DNA of 64,000 nt, taken from NCBI GenBank assembly GCA_050184455.1, contig JBFXAI010000019.1, positions 19,432 through 83,431 on the forward strand, written 5' to 3'. Below, piece after piece: positions 18,965 through 31,807 of this stretch (position 1 is the first letter of the stretch; each line of letters begins with the position of its first letter). The notes under the pieces are model-generated. The model was not told the DNA's origin and made no database searches. It saw only the letters and a program-made list of their open reading frames with translations. Source of the DNA: Kofleriaceae bacterium (GTDB lineage: Bacteria; Myxococcota_A; Polyangia; Haliangiales; Haliangiaceae). The translations under genes were made by a program, and so were the position numbers.

Positions 18965-19052
18965 GCGGTAAGGATTAGGCCACCACGGCCAACCGCGGAC
19001 TGCGGGCCGCAGAGGGCGGAGCCGGCATCGCAAGGGCCTGACGGGCCGTGAC

Positions 19053-21227
19053 CTAGAACTCGAAGTTCGCGCCGGCGAACCAGGTGGTGTCGCCGACCGA
19101 GAGCTTGGTGTCTTTGCCGAAGCCGTCCATCTTCGCCATCGAGAGCTCACCGTAGAACCCGGCGTGGTGGATACCGCTCTGTCGCATCGACGACGCGGCG
19201 TCCCCATCGATCCGCTCTGCGCGAATCGCGATCCCGATCGCACCTTGATAGCCGGCGGACGCGCCGTAGCCGTAGTCCTTGTCGCAGTCGGGGTTCTTGG
19301 TGCCGTCCCAGCACGATGACGCGGTCTTGCCGTTGGTGCGCACCCACCACACGTAGTAGCCGAGCCCGGCGCGAACGTAGGGAACGACCGGGATGCCGTA
19401 ACGATCGTCGAGCCAGGTGAACCGATAGATCGCGGTCAGTCCGAGCGGCAGTAGTCGAAACGTGTTTTCGTCGCCTTCCGAGCGTGGCCGATTCGGATCG
19501 TTTGGATCGGTGCCGTCTTTGTACGACTTGCCCGAGTTCTGCATGTAGCCGGCGCTGAGCCCGACGCCGAGCTGACCGACGCCGCGCCACAAGATTCGGT
19601 CGACGTCGATCATCGGCGTGATCCGATAACCGCCGTACATCGCGTGGTACGGACCGCGCATCGTCGTACCGACCTGCTCGGCGAACTGCTTGTCGATGTC
19701 GGGGACATACGGACCGAGCCGGATCCCGACCACCCACTTGACCACGTCGTCATCCGCCGAGGTCTGCGTGCTGGCGTCGTCTTCCCAATACGGCTCGAAG
19801 CCCTGCGCTTGGCTGGTGGCCGGCAGCGCGACAACAATCGCCGCTCCAGCAACCGCGATCGGCTTGATCACGCGCACGAGCCAGGTGCGACGGCGCCGCC
19901 ATAGCCATGCGATCGCGAGCAACCCGAGCAAGCCGGGCAGGGTGAGCAGATGCCACGCGAGCGCCAGCACCACGAATGGCGCGAGCACGATCCCGGCGAC
20001 GATCCGCAGCGCGACCGAGCCGTGCACGGCGGCGCCCAGCTTGGCGATCGTCGCGTAGTACACGTCGGTCAGCCATCGGCCGAAGGCGGAGTCCGCCAAC
20101 GTGTGGTCGCGGAACGCGCGAAGTGCTTCGGTGAGCGGGTTGTCGTCGCCGTAGGTCTCGGCGATCAGGCACACACCGCCTTCGACGTCGCTGCCGCGAT
20201 CGTGGATGTCTTCCCAGAAATCGATCGCAGGCGCTGGCGTGATCGTCTGCGACAGCTTTGTACCGATCGCGTTGCCATAGTTGTCGATCGCGAGCAGCGC
20301 TACGGAGTACGGCACGCCGTTCTCCAACCCGTCGATTCGCAGGCTGGTGGCCGACGCGGCGGTGGATTCGCCGCAGATGTACGCCGGATTGAGCTGATCG
20401 ATCTCGATCGGAAATGTCGCTGGTGTACCGTCGGCGTCGATCGTGCTGACGACAAGCTCGTCGTCGAGCTGTAACCCGCACAGCGTACGCGCGGTCTGGT
20501 AGCGAGGGCTCGGCGGAGAGGTCTTGACCGGCGCGCCGTCTGGGCCAACGCACAGCGCCTGGAAGTAGAAGATGTCAGTCGCTTGCGCCTCCGGCAGTGT
20601 CCACGAGATCACGACGGAGCTCTCAGCGCTGCTCGCGGAGAAGTTCGTGGGAAGCGGAGGTCGCTTGGTGTCATAGCCGGTGACGTCGGCAGTCTTTCCG
20701 ACCGGCTGACTCAGCGAGTATTCGTACGTGCTGTCGCCGTTTGTGTCGACGAGTAGCCAGAGCGGTGCATCGCCTTGGTCTTCTTTGCACGGCATGTTGT
20801 CGGCCGCACCGTTGATCGCTTGGTAGACCGAGACCTGCACCTTTTCTGGCGTGGTCGCTAGCGGGTTGATGTCCGCGATCGTGCTGATCTTGCGGCACTG
20901 CGTCGCGCGGACCGTATCGTCCGTACAGGTCGTTCCGACCCAGACTTCGGCCGGCCGCCCATCGGGGATCATCATCGAGAGCCGGACGTCATAGGCGAGG
21001 TTCTGTTCGCCGCCGGCGTTATTCTGACTGCACACGCAGTGGGCGCGATTGAGGTGTTGCCGAAGATCATCCGGGGTCTCGGGCTCGACCAAGGAGCCCT
21101 CCTCCTCGACGTAGATCTTTTCGAACGCCAGGGTGGCGCCGTTCGGATCCAGCGTGCCCTCGGCGTGGGCGATTCCACCGCTCGCCACCACACCGGCGAA
21201 GGCTGCGCATACGAAAAATCGCGTCAT
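19053..21227 (-). CDS. composite envelope protein: signal peptide + Cys-containing/FN3-like ectodomain + C-terminal-anchor-like module (TM helices + RRRR) + second signal-like segment + beta-barrel domain ending in Phe
   Basis: ATG 21227 (MTRFFVCAAFAGVVASGGIAHA). FN3-like PLPTNFSASSAESSVVISWTLPE. GGVCLIAETYGDDNPLTEALRAFRDHTL...YY, then LLGLLAIAWLWRRRR, then VRVIKPIAVAGAAIVVALPATSQAQ. Strand-patterned C-terminal 250 aa ending ..TTWFAGANFEF. Confidence 0.65.
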   Translation of the reverse strand: MTRFFVCAAFAGVVASGGIAHAEGTLDPNGATLAFEKIYVEEEGSLVEPETPDDLRQHLNRAHCVCSQNNAGGEQNLAYDVRLSMMIPDGRPAEVWVGTTCTDDTVRATQCRKISTIADINPLATTPEKVQVSVYQAINGAADNMPCKEDQGDAPLWLLVDTNGDSTYEYSLSQPVGKTADVTGYDTKRPPLPTNFSASSAESSVVISWTLPEAQATDIFYFQALCVGPDGAPVKTSPPSPRYQTARTLCGLQLDDELVVSTIDADGTPATFPIEIDQLNPAYICGESTAASATSLRIDGLENGVPYSVALLAIDNYGNAIGTKLSQTITPAPAIDFWEDIHDRGSDVEGGVCLIAETYGDDNPLTEALRAFRDHTLADSAFGRWLTDVYYATIAKLGAAVHGSVALRIVAGIVLAPFVVLALAWHLLTLPGLLGLLAIAWLWRRRRTWLVRVIKPIAVAGAAIVVALPATSQAQGFEPYWEDDASTQTSADDDVVKWVVGIRLGPYVPDIDKQFAEQVGTTMRGPYHAMYGGYRITPMIDVDRILWRGVGQLGVGLSAGYMQNSGKSYKDGTDPNDPNRPRSEGDENTFRLLPLGLTAIYRFTWLDDRYGIPVVPYVRAGLGYYVWWVRTNGKTASSCWDGTKNPDCDKDYGYGASAGYQGAIGIAIRAERIDGDAASSMRQSGIHHAGFYGELSMAKMDGFGKDTKLSVGDTTWFAGANFEF

Positions 21228-21331
21228 CCGAGGGCCAGCTTGCTGCAAGGGTAGGGCCGTCGGTTATCGACGACAACCGTTGCTATCACGCGGGGATGGC
21301 TGCTTCAACAATGTGCGGCCGCCTGCCAAAC

Positions 21332-21348
21332 TGGCACGCGTTCTGCCA
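21332..21348 (-). promoter_or_regulatory. candidate sigma-54 (-24/-12) promoter upstream of 19053..21227
   Basis: The minus strand reads TGGCAGAACGCGTGCCA. GG and GC have the consensus spacing of TGGCAC-N5-TTGC, with 2 mismatches. About 105 nt upstream of ATG 21227. The element is palindromic, so the strand assignment is uncertain. Confidence 0.3.
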
Positions 21349-21377
21349 CTTGGCTGACACCAGGGCAAGAGCAGCCT

Positions 21378-23587
<2,210 letters not shown>

Positions 23588-23591
<4 letters not shown>

Positions 23592-24694
23592 ACGTCCATC
23601 ACCGTCGCAGCGTGGGGGCGGCCGGCGGCTGCGACCGCGCGAGGAATCACCAGCACGGCCTCGGCGCGCGCCGGCAGCGCGTGGAATGCGACGCCGTCGT
23701 CGACGTACGGCAGCAATGCGAGGGTGCGCAGCAGGCGAGCTTCATGGATCCGGCCGGTGCCGCTCGGCACGTGGCAGTCGCGTGCGCACAGCTCGACGTG
23801 CCAGCCGACCTCGAAGTACGACGTCGCGAGACTCGCGGCGACGCTGATCGCCCGCTCGGCGGCCGCGATTTGGGCTTCGCTCTGCGCGCTGCGCTGGGCG
23901 TGCGGGGCACGCGCCAGCTCGTCGAGCACCTGCCGCGGCAACGCGTTGTCGACCGCGATCACGACCCGGCGCGACAGCTCGTCTTCGTATTCGCGCACCA
24001 GCAGCCGACCCGTGCGCGCGCTGGATCGCCAATGGACATCTCGACGATCGTCACCCACGCGGCGTTCGCGAAGCCCGAAGAATTCACCGCGGCGCCCCAA
24101 CCGATCGGCACTCGCCTCGCCGCGGGCACTCGCGCGTGGTGGTGGTCGCGGCACGGCCACGCGCGCGGGATACACCAGGACCTCGAGGCTGGCGTCGACG
24201 TCGCGTGACTTGCGAAACAGCGCGAACGGGAACTTGGTGGCGATCCGATAACCGGTAAGCGTGTACAGACCGCGGCGCGCGAACGTGTGGCGATAGCTGG
24301 TGCGCTGCGACTTCGAGGCGGGGATCTTGAGGAAGTAACACCGCTTATCGATCGGTACGCGATCCATCAGGTCTTCGACCTCGATCGAAAACGACGACCG
24401 GTTGGCCTTGCCGTTTCTGATCACGACCTCCATCAGGAACGGCTCGCCGGCGAACACCCGCGGCGGCGGACGGCGCTCTACCGACAGCCGACGCAACGTG
24501 ATCTCCGACAGCACGCCGGACGCGACGATGAACGACAGCAGCCAGCCGAGCAGCAGGTACAGCAGGTTGTTGCCGGTGTTGATCGCCGCGAACCCGACGC
24601 CGATCGACAGCACGACGATGATCCGGCCTTCGCGGGTAAAGCTGAGCCGGCGCGGCGGCCGGAAACGACGGCGAAGGCGCGCCCAGAACGACAT
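23588..24694 (-). CDS. DUF58 domain protein (MoxR-associated, VWA-like)
   Basis: Two N-terminal TM helices. LRERRVGDDRRDVHWRSSARTGRLLVREYE matches the DUF58 signature (R.Y..GD..R.I.W..SAR...L.V.E). Position between moxR and tgpA is canonical. Confidence 0.8.
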
Positions 24695-24697
24695 GGC

Positions 24698-25666
<969 letters not shown>

Positions 25667-25695
25667 GTTCGAACAGTATAACCCGTCCGAAACGG

Positions 25696-25722
25696 CGACG
25701 GGGACCTACATGGTCCCCGTCG
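25696..25722 (-). terminator. stem-loop terminator candidate downstream of the BI-1 gene
   Basis: CGACGGGGACC (25696-25706) / GGTCCCCGTCG (25712-25722) perfect 11-bp stem with 5-nt loop. On the minus strand it is followed by CCGTTTCGG. Separates BI-1 from moxR. Confidence 0.55.
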
Positions 25723-25763
25723 AGCTCAGCCGGCGGGCCAATGAGCCCCGATCCGTCGCTACG

Positions 25764-26498
25764 TTAGTTGTTCCGCAGGCTCATCAGCAGCTGGAGGACG
25801 TACCAGAACAGCGTCGCGATCGTCGAGAACAGGATCAGCGCCGCGGACACGTGCGCGGTCGGCGGGAAGTCCTTCATCACCACGCTGGTGTAGTAGAGGA
25901 TGTAACCCGACATCAGGAGGATGCCGATGCCGGCGAAGATGCCGCCGAGGTGGAATCCGAACAGCATCGACGACAGGATGATCCCGAGGAACGCGAAGCT
26001 CGCGATCGTCAGGGCGCCGCGCATGAACGAGAAATCCTTCTTGGTGATGAACACGGTCGCCGTCAGGCCACCGAAGATCACCATCGTGATCAAGCCGGCC
26101 TGCATGATCAGCTCGTTTCCGCCGGACGGACCGAACTTCAAGATCGCGATCCAGAGCAGCGGCTGAACGATCAGCGCCTCGGCGACAACCGCGACCAGAA
26201 GCCCGACGTATTGCAGCCCGCGCGAGGTCTCCGACATCGCGAGCCGCTGCGCGACCCAGCCAACGCCCATGAACGCGCCGAGGATGATCAGCCAGTTCCA
26301 CGGCCCGCCGAGCGCAAAGCTCGCGAACTTCAGACTCGTGGTCTGCATGTACGTCATCATCCCGGCGGTGATCGCAGCCCAGGCGATCAAGGCCACGCCG
26401 AGAAGGCCGTAGGTCTTGCGGAGAAATGCGACGCGGTCACTCACGCCCAGCGTGGCAACAGCGCCTTCGATCGGTCGAGCAGTATTCGAAAGTGCCAT
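25764..26498 (-). CDS. Bax inhibitor-1/YccA family membrane protein
   Basis: 244 aa with seven hydrophobic helices. N-terminal FLRKTYGLLGVALIAWA pattern typical of BI-1/YccA. Confidence 0.8.
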   Translation of the reverse strand: MALSNTARPIEGAVATLGVSDRVAFLRKTYGLLGVALIAWAAITAGMMTYMQTTSLKFASFALGGPWNWLIILGAFMGVGWVAQRLAMSETSRGLQYVGLLVAVVAEALIVQPLLWIAILKFGPSGGNELIMQAGLITMVIFGGLTATVFITKKDFSFMRGALTIASFAFLGIILSSMLFGFHLGGIFAGIGILLMSGYILYYTSVVMKDFPPTAHVSAALILFSTIATLFWYVLQLLMSLRNN

Positions 26499-26669
26499 GG
26501 GGTTAGCCTCCCAGCCGGTTCAAGCCCTTATGTAGCACGGATCATACCCGACGAGCCTCGCGCGGTATTCCGAGGTGGCTCCTACACCAATGGGTAGTGG
26601 ACGCCATGCTTGACCCGCCGAAACGTTGACTTCCATAGTCCCGGTAGCGATGGTCGCACCGAGGGAACT

Positions 26670-28001
26670 TTGGTCGCACGGCGAGTCATCGCGATGTGTG
26701 TGGTCCTGGGGGGCGCCGGGGCTGCAGGGGCGCAGCCTGTAGCGGATCCGCCCGCCGAGCCGGCGCCAGCTGCAGCCCTGGAGCCAGTACCACCGGGTTC
26801 GCCGGCACCGTCCGAATCGCCGCCCGCGAGCGAGCTCGGGGACATGCCGTCCGAGCCATCGCCCGTGTCGGCAATGGATATCCAGATTCACGGGTTCGTC
26901 AGTCAGGGCGGGTTCGTCTCGACGGCCAACGATTACATCGGTAAATCGTCGCGCGGCACGCTCGAGTTGTTCGAGGCCGGTCTCAACGTGTCGGCGTCTC
27001 CGATCGACCGGTTGCGCGTCGGCGTCCAGCTGTTTGCGCATGACGAGGGCGCGATCGGCAACTACACGCCACGGATCGACTGGGCGTTCATCGACTATCG
27101 ACTACGTCCGTGGCTAGGGATTCGCGCCGGCCACACCAAGATTCCGTTCGGGCTCTACAACGAGTACCTCGACATCGATTCTGGCCGGCTGCAGATCTTG
27201 CCGCCGCAGAGCGTGTATCCGCTGACCAACCGCGACGTGCTGGTCGCGCAGACCGGGTTCCTCGTGTACGGCACGCTGCCGCTCGCGGCGGCTGGTGAGC
27301 TCGAATATTCCGCGTATGGCGGCACCCTCGCGCTCGGCGTTCCCGATCATCAACCGCCTGGCGGACCACAGGTCTATGCGGTCGATAGCAAATACGTGCT
27401 CGGTGGCCAGGCATTGTGGCGGCCACCCGTAGAAGGACTGCGTGTCGGCGCCAGCCTGCTCCGCGCGAGCTTCGATCAATACCTGCAGTTCGACGCCGCG
27501 ACCACCGCGATCCTGATCGCGGCAGGGCTCGCGCCAGCGGACTTCGACGGCAAGGTGATCTTCGCGCTGCGGCCCGCGAACCTGTGGGTCGCATCGCTGG
27601 AGTACAGCGAAGGCGATTGGTTGTTCGCCGCCGAGTACAGCCGATGGTTCGCTCGTACTCCGGTGGAGCCTGCCGTGCTCAAGCTTCCGAACACGCTCAG
27701 CGAGCGGTTCTACGGCATGGTGACCTATCGTGTCTCGGATCGGCTCGAGACCGGCGCGTACTACTCGGTGCACAACGCCGACATTCATCATCGCGACGGT
27801 CGCGATCCGAAGTTCATGCCGCGCCATCAGGCGTTTCAGCGCGACGCGGCGGCGACCCTGCGGCTCAACGTCAACGAGCATTGGTCGTGGAAGCTCGAGG
27901 GGCACTTCATCGATGGTGCCGCTGGGCTCGACGCTGCGTCGAATCCCGATCCAGAGCGCTACTGGTGGTTGTTCCTCGCGAAGTCGACGGTGGCATTCTG
28001 A
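26670..28001 (+). CDS. outer-membrane beta-barrel (porin-like) protein
   Basis: Start uncertain (TTG 26670 gives MVARRVIAMCVVLGGAGAAGAQP; ATG 26694 is the alternative). Alternating-strand pattern throughout. C-terminus ..LFLAKSTVAF. Confidence 0.55.
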   Translation: MVARRVIAMCVVLGGAGAAGAQPVADPPAEPAPAAALEPVPPGSPAPSESPPASELGDMPSEPSPVSAMDIQIHGFVSQGGFVSTANDYIGKSSRGTLELFEAGLNVSASPIDRLRVGVQLFAHDEGAIGNYTPRIDWAFIDYRLRPWLGIRAGHTKIPFGLYNEYLDIDSGRLQILPPQSVYPLTNRDVLVAQTGFLVYGTLPLAAAGELEYSAYGGTLALGVPDHQPPGGPQVYAVDSKYVLGGQALWRPPVEGLRVGASLLRASFDQYLQFDAATTAILIAAGLAPADFDGKVIFALRPANLWVASLEYSEGDWLFAAEYSRWFARTPVEPAVLKLPNTLSERFYGMVTYRVSDRLETGAYYSVHNADIHHRDGRDPKFMPRHQAFQRDAAATLRLNVNEHWSWKLEGHFIDGAAGLDAASNPDPERYWWLFLAKSTVAF

Positions 28002-28429
28002 TGCGCTGGCTGGCAATCTTCGTCATGCTCGCGCTGGCCGTTGCGCCGCGCGCGGCCACCGCCGATGGCGACCGCTACCAGGTCATCGTCCACCCCACCA
28101 ACACCGCAACCAGCATCGATCGGGCATGGCTTCGTCAAGCATTCCTGAAGCGTTCGCTCGGGTGGCGCGACGGCAAGGTCGTGCGGCCGATCATGTTGAC
28201 GGCGCGATTCTCGGCGCGCGATCGATTCGTCCGTGACGTGATCAAGAAGACGCGATCCCAGCTCACGGCCTATTGGAACCAGCAGATCTTCTCGGGCAAG
28301 GCCGTGCCGCCACCCGAGGCCGACTCGACCACGGCGGTGATCGCGTGGGTGCTCAAGACGCCGGGCGCCGTCGCATTCATTCCAGCGGGTGTGGATCCAG
28401 GCGGCGCGCGCGTCGTCGACGTGCGGTAG
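28001..28429 (+). CDS. small secreted periplasmic-binding-protein-like (PstS/PBP_like_2-type) protein
   Basis: ATG 28001 shares one base with the TGA of the porin-like gene (TGATG). Signal MRWLAIFVMLALAVAPRAATA. ..AYWNQQIFSGKAVPP.. and ..PGAVAFIPAG.. resemble phosphate-binding-protein-like domains. Confidence 0.5.
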   Translation: MRWLAIFVMLALAVAPRAATADGDRYQVIVHPTNTATSIDRAWLRQAFLKRSLGWRDGKVVRPIMLTARFSARDRFVRDVIKKTRSQLTAYWNQQIFSGKAVPPPEADSTTAVIAWVLKTPGAVAFIPAGVDPGGARVVDVR

Positions 28430-28465
28430 GCCTCGACCCAGACTCAACGCCGAAGTCGGTTGCAA

Positions 28466-29704
28466 CTAGAGTCTGACCACCAACCACAACGTCGCGAGCG
28501 ACGCCACCAGCGTCGGAATCGTGACGATGACTCCGATCGTCACGAACGTGCGAAGCGAGACGCGCACGCCTTGGCGGCGAAGCGCGTGTGTCCATAGCAG
28601 ACCCGCGAGCGATCCGATCGGCAGCAACCGCGGCCCGAGGTCTCCGCCGATCATCGCCGCGAACACCTGCGCGTCGGAATGCTCGGCGAGCGCGATCGAG
28701 CTGAGCAACGCCATCGCATGGTTGCCGATCACCGCCGAGCCGAGTGCGCTGATCACGCCGACGCTGGCCAGCGGCGCGGGAGTCGCGCTGTAGATCGATG
28801 CGAGCGAGTCGGTGACGCCCGCGCGAGCCAGCGTCGTCGCGAGCACCAGGATACCGAACAGGAACGGCACCAGCTCCCAGCTCACCCCCAAGCTGATCGC
28901 ACGCAACGTGACCTTGCGATGGAGCGCGGTCGCGACGCACAGCGCTGCGGCGATCGCGGCGACGGGCCACATCGGCGAGTGGACCGCCGCGAGCAACGGA
29001 TAGGACACGATGCTCGCGCCGGTCACCGCGAGGATCAGCTTGGCGTGGCCGCCCAGCGGCTCGAACGCCGGTGCTTCGCCCTTGGCGGGCTCGTCATCGG
29101 CCAGCACGTCGCGGAAGCACCACGCAAGACAGCGGTAGGCGATCAGCCAACCGATCAGCGCGACCGGGATCATGTGGAGCGCGTAGTTGTTGAAGCTGAT
29201 CCCGGTGCGATGTGCGAGCACGAGGTTCATCGGATTGCCGGTCGGCAGCGGAGCGACACCGGCGGCGACGAACACCGCAAACGCGAACGGCAGCACGAAC
29301 TTCACGTGGCGCTTCGGATAGACCGCGCGAAGCAGCTCCACGATCACCGGGGTCAACAGCAGGATCGCCGCATCGTTGGACAGCAACGCCGCGGTAACGG
29401 CGCTGAGCCCGAACACCCAGCGAAACGCATGGCGCGTGGGCCCCCGGGTTCGCGGTTCGATCCATGCGGCGAGCCGAGCGAAGATTCCGACTTCGGCGGC
29501 ACATGCCGTCGTCACCATGATTCCGACGATCGTGATCAGTGGCCGCCACAGATCGCCGGCCGCATGGCCGAGATCACGGACGTTCGCGGTGCCGCCCGCA
29601 ACGGCGAGTGTGACGCCGATGGCGGCGCCGAGTGCGGGAGCCCATGCCGACCGCCACGCCAGCGCAACCACCAGCGCGACGACGATGGCGACGACGGCGA
29701 GCAC
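28466..29704 (-). CDS. ArsB/NhaD (CitMHS-like) superfamily ion transporter
   Basis: 412 aa, about 10-12 TM helices. LSNDAAILLLTPVIVEL and GGDLGPRLLPIGSLAGLLW are patterns typical of the ArsB/NhaD permease superfamily. Confidence 0.6.
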   Translation of the reverse strand: MLAVVAIVVALVVALAWRSAWAPALGAAIGVTLAVAGGTANVRDLGHAAGDLWRPLITIVGIMVTTACAAEVGIFARLAAWIEPRTRGPTRHAFRWVFGLSAVTAALLSNDAAILLLTPVIVELLRAVYPKRHVKFVLPFAFAVFVAAGVAPLPTGNPMNLVLAHRTGISFNNYALHMIPVALIGWLIAYRCLAWCFRDVLADDEPAKGEAPAFEPLGGHAKLILAVTGASIVSYPLLAAVHSPMWPVAAIAAALCVATALHRKVTLRAISLGVSWELVPFLFGILVLATTLARAGVTDSLASIYSATPAPLASVGVISALGSAVIGNHAMALLSSIALAEHSDAQVFAAMIGGDLGPRLLPIGSLAGLLWTHALRRQGVRVSLRTFVTIGVIVTIPTLVASLATLWLVVRL

Positions 29705-29778
29705 GGCGCCGCTATCGTAACTCGATCGCGCGCCGCGGGCTCAGCGATTCGCGACAACGGCCCGCCGAGCAGGATCGG

Positions 29779-30747
29779 TTAGCGGCTCGCCTTGAGCTTC
29801 TTGATCTCGGCGATCAACTCCGGGATCGCGGTCTCCCACTTCGCAACCAGGCCGTAGTCGGCGACTTGGAAGATCGGCTCTTCCTTGTTCTGGTTGATCG
29901 CGACGATCGTCTTGCTGCTCTTCATGCCGGCGAGGTGCTGGATCGCACCCGAGATCGCGACGGCGAAGTACAGATTCGGCGCGACGATCTTGCCGGTCTG
30001 GCCGACCTGCCAATCGGCGGGAACCATCCCAGCATCGGTGGCGGCGCGCGACGCGCCCATTGCGGCGCCGAGCAGATCTGCAAGCTCCTCGAGGACCTTG
30101 AAGTTCTCTCCGCTCTTCATGCCGCGGCCGCCGGACACTACGATCTTGGCGTCGGACAGCTCGGGGCGATCGCTCTTCTGGGTCTCGAGCCGAACGAACT
30201 CTGCGCCGCGTGCATCGGTGCCGCCCGCGGCTGCGGACGTCACACTGCCTGCGCTGCCGAGCTCGGGAGCCGGATCGAACTCCGACTGACGAACCGTGAT
30301 GCAGATCGTCGGCGTGGCGACCTGGACCGTCGAGTACGCATTGCCAGCGAGCACCGGGCGCACGAACGTGTCCTTACCTTCAAGCTTGGCGATGTCCGAG
30401 GCCATGCCGGCCTCGAGCAGCGCGGCCGTGCGCGGCATGAAGTCCTTGCCGATCGCAGTTGCGGTCGCAGTGACGACCGTGGCGCCGTTCTCCTTCGCGA
30501 GCCGCGCCACGATCGGCGCATAGGTCTCGGCGAGGTAGTTGGTTAGGCTGGCGTCTTCGACGACGATCACCTTGCCGGCATACTTGGCAGCCGCTGCGCT
30601 CGCAGCCTGCGCACCGGCGCCCATCAGCAGGATGATCACGTCACCGCCGTGCGCCTTGGCAGCGCTGCGGGCGAACGTCAGGTTAGCGAGCGCGCTCGAC
30701 CGGAGCGCCGAGCCGTTGAATTCACAAAATGCGAGGACGTTGCCCAT
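29779..30747 (-). CDS. etfA: electron transfer flavoprotein subunit alpha
   Basis: C-terminal FAD-binding signature [47 protein letters not shown]. Start overlaps the etfB stop by 1 nt (TAATG). Confidence 0.93.
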   Translation of the reverse strand: MGNVLAFCEFNGSALRSSALANLTFARSAAKAHGGDVIILLMGAGAQAASAAAAKYAGKVIVVEDASLTNYLAETYAPIVARLAKENGATVVTATATAIGKDFMPRTAALLEAGMASDIAKLEGKDTFVRPVLAGNAYSTVQVATPTICITVRQSEFDPAPELGSAGSVTSAAAGGTDARGAEFVRLETQKSDRPELSDAKIVVSGGRGMKSGENFKVLEELADLLGAAMGASRAATDAGMVPADWQVGQTGKIVAPNLYFAVAISGAIQHLAGMKSSKTIVAINQNKEEPIFQVADYGLVAKWETAIPELIAEIKKLKASR

Positions 30748-31571
30748 TAGAGCACCTTCGCTTCTTCTGCCAGCTTCTTTACCAGCGTCGGGACATCGGA
30801 GACGAACTGACCAGCGGCGCGCGGAGGCGGCAGCGTGACGTTCAGCTCTTTGATCATCGGAGTGGGGCTCGCGCCGTAGTCCGCGAGCTTGGTCGCGGTC
30901 AGCGGCTTCTTCTTGGCCGCCATGATGCCCTTGAGCGAAGGCAACCGAGCGCCATCGCCGGCGTAGCTGTGCGAGTCCGGCGTGATGCCATTCTTCACTG
31001 CCTTGGGTCCGACGATCCGGAGATCGACGGTGACCACCGCGGGCATCGGCACGCGCTTGTACTCGACGCCGCCATCGACCTCGCGGCCGACGGTCATCGA
31101 CTTCTTGTCGCCCGCGAGCTCCACCGAGGCGGCGAACGTCGCCTGCGGCCAGTTGAGCTTGCCCGCGAGCATCTGGCCGACCTGGTTGGCATCGCCGTCG
31201 ACGGCTTGCTTACCCATCAGGACCAGATCCGGCTTTTCGGCCTCGATGATGCCGGCGAGCACTTTGACGACGATCAGCGAGTCGATCTCGGCATCGTTGG
31301 CGACGACATGGATCGCTCGATCCGCGCCCATCGCGAGACAGGTCCGGATCTCTTTGGCTGCATCGTCCGGCCCGATCGACACCACGACGATCTCACCCGG
31401 TTGACGGGTGCCGTCGGCGCCGTTTTCGAGCAAGCGCAACGCGGTCTCGACGGCGTATTCGTCGAACGTGTTGACGATCCAGGACGCGCCGGTCAGGTCG
31501 ATGTGGCCATCCTTGATCTTGGCCTTCTGCGTCGGGTCGGGGACCCGCTTGACGGGAACCAGGATCTTCAC
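30747..31571 (-). CDS. etfB: electron transfer flavoprotein subunit beta
   Basis: [12 protein letters not shown]... and [31 protein letters not shown] are canonical EtfB. GGAG precedes the start. Confidence 0.93.
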   Translation of the reverse strand: MKILVPVKRVPDPTQKAKIKDGHIDLTGASWIVNTFDEYAVETALRLLENGADGTRQPGEIVVVSIGPDDAAKEIRTCLAMGADRAIHVVANDAEIDSLIVVKVLAGIIEAEKPDLVLMGKQAVDGDANQVGQMLAGKLNWPQATFAASVELAGDKKSMTVGREVDGGVEYKRVPMPAVVTVDLRIVGPKAVKNGITPDSHSYAGDGARLPSLKGIMAAKKKPLTATKLADYGASPTPMIKELNVTLPPPRAAGQFVSDVPTLVKKLAEEAKVL

Positions 31572-31807
31572 GAAGACATCTCCTTCTTACCTTCAGCTGC
31601 GAGCTCCGAGCGAACGCGCGGCGACCCAGTCAGCGGCGGCACGATAGCGAATTTCTTCGGCCACGTACTGGGGGAACGCCCGAGATCGACGATCGCCGCC
31701 GAGCGAACACGGCTCGGGTATCGCAACCATGGTTCGACGGGGCGTGCATACCTGGCGCCCCACCGGGCTGAGTTGAAAACGCGATCTGTTCGAACTACAA
31801 CCTCGGG

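Noticed and set aside
16109-18973. GCGGTAA(A/G)G at 16109-16117 and 18965-18973, and CTGCGGGC near both ends, as flanking repeats of the first islet
   Set aside because: The matches are only 7-8 nt in GC-rich DNA, and the two motifs occur in opposite order at the two ends. This is not distinguishable from chance, unlike the 16-nt repeat around the second cassette.
21332-21348. Plus-strand reading of the sigma-54-like element (TGGCACGCGTTCTGC, the better match)
   Set aside because: Transcription from it would run antisense into tgpA with no plus-strand gene downstream. Only the minus-strand reading is kept, as a low-confidence candidate.
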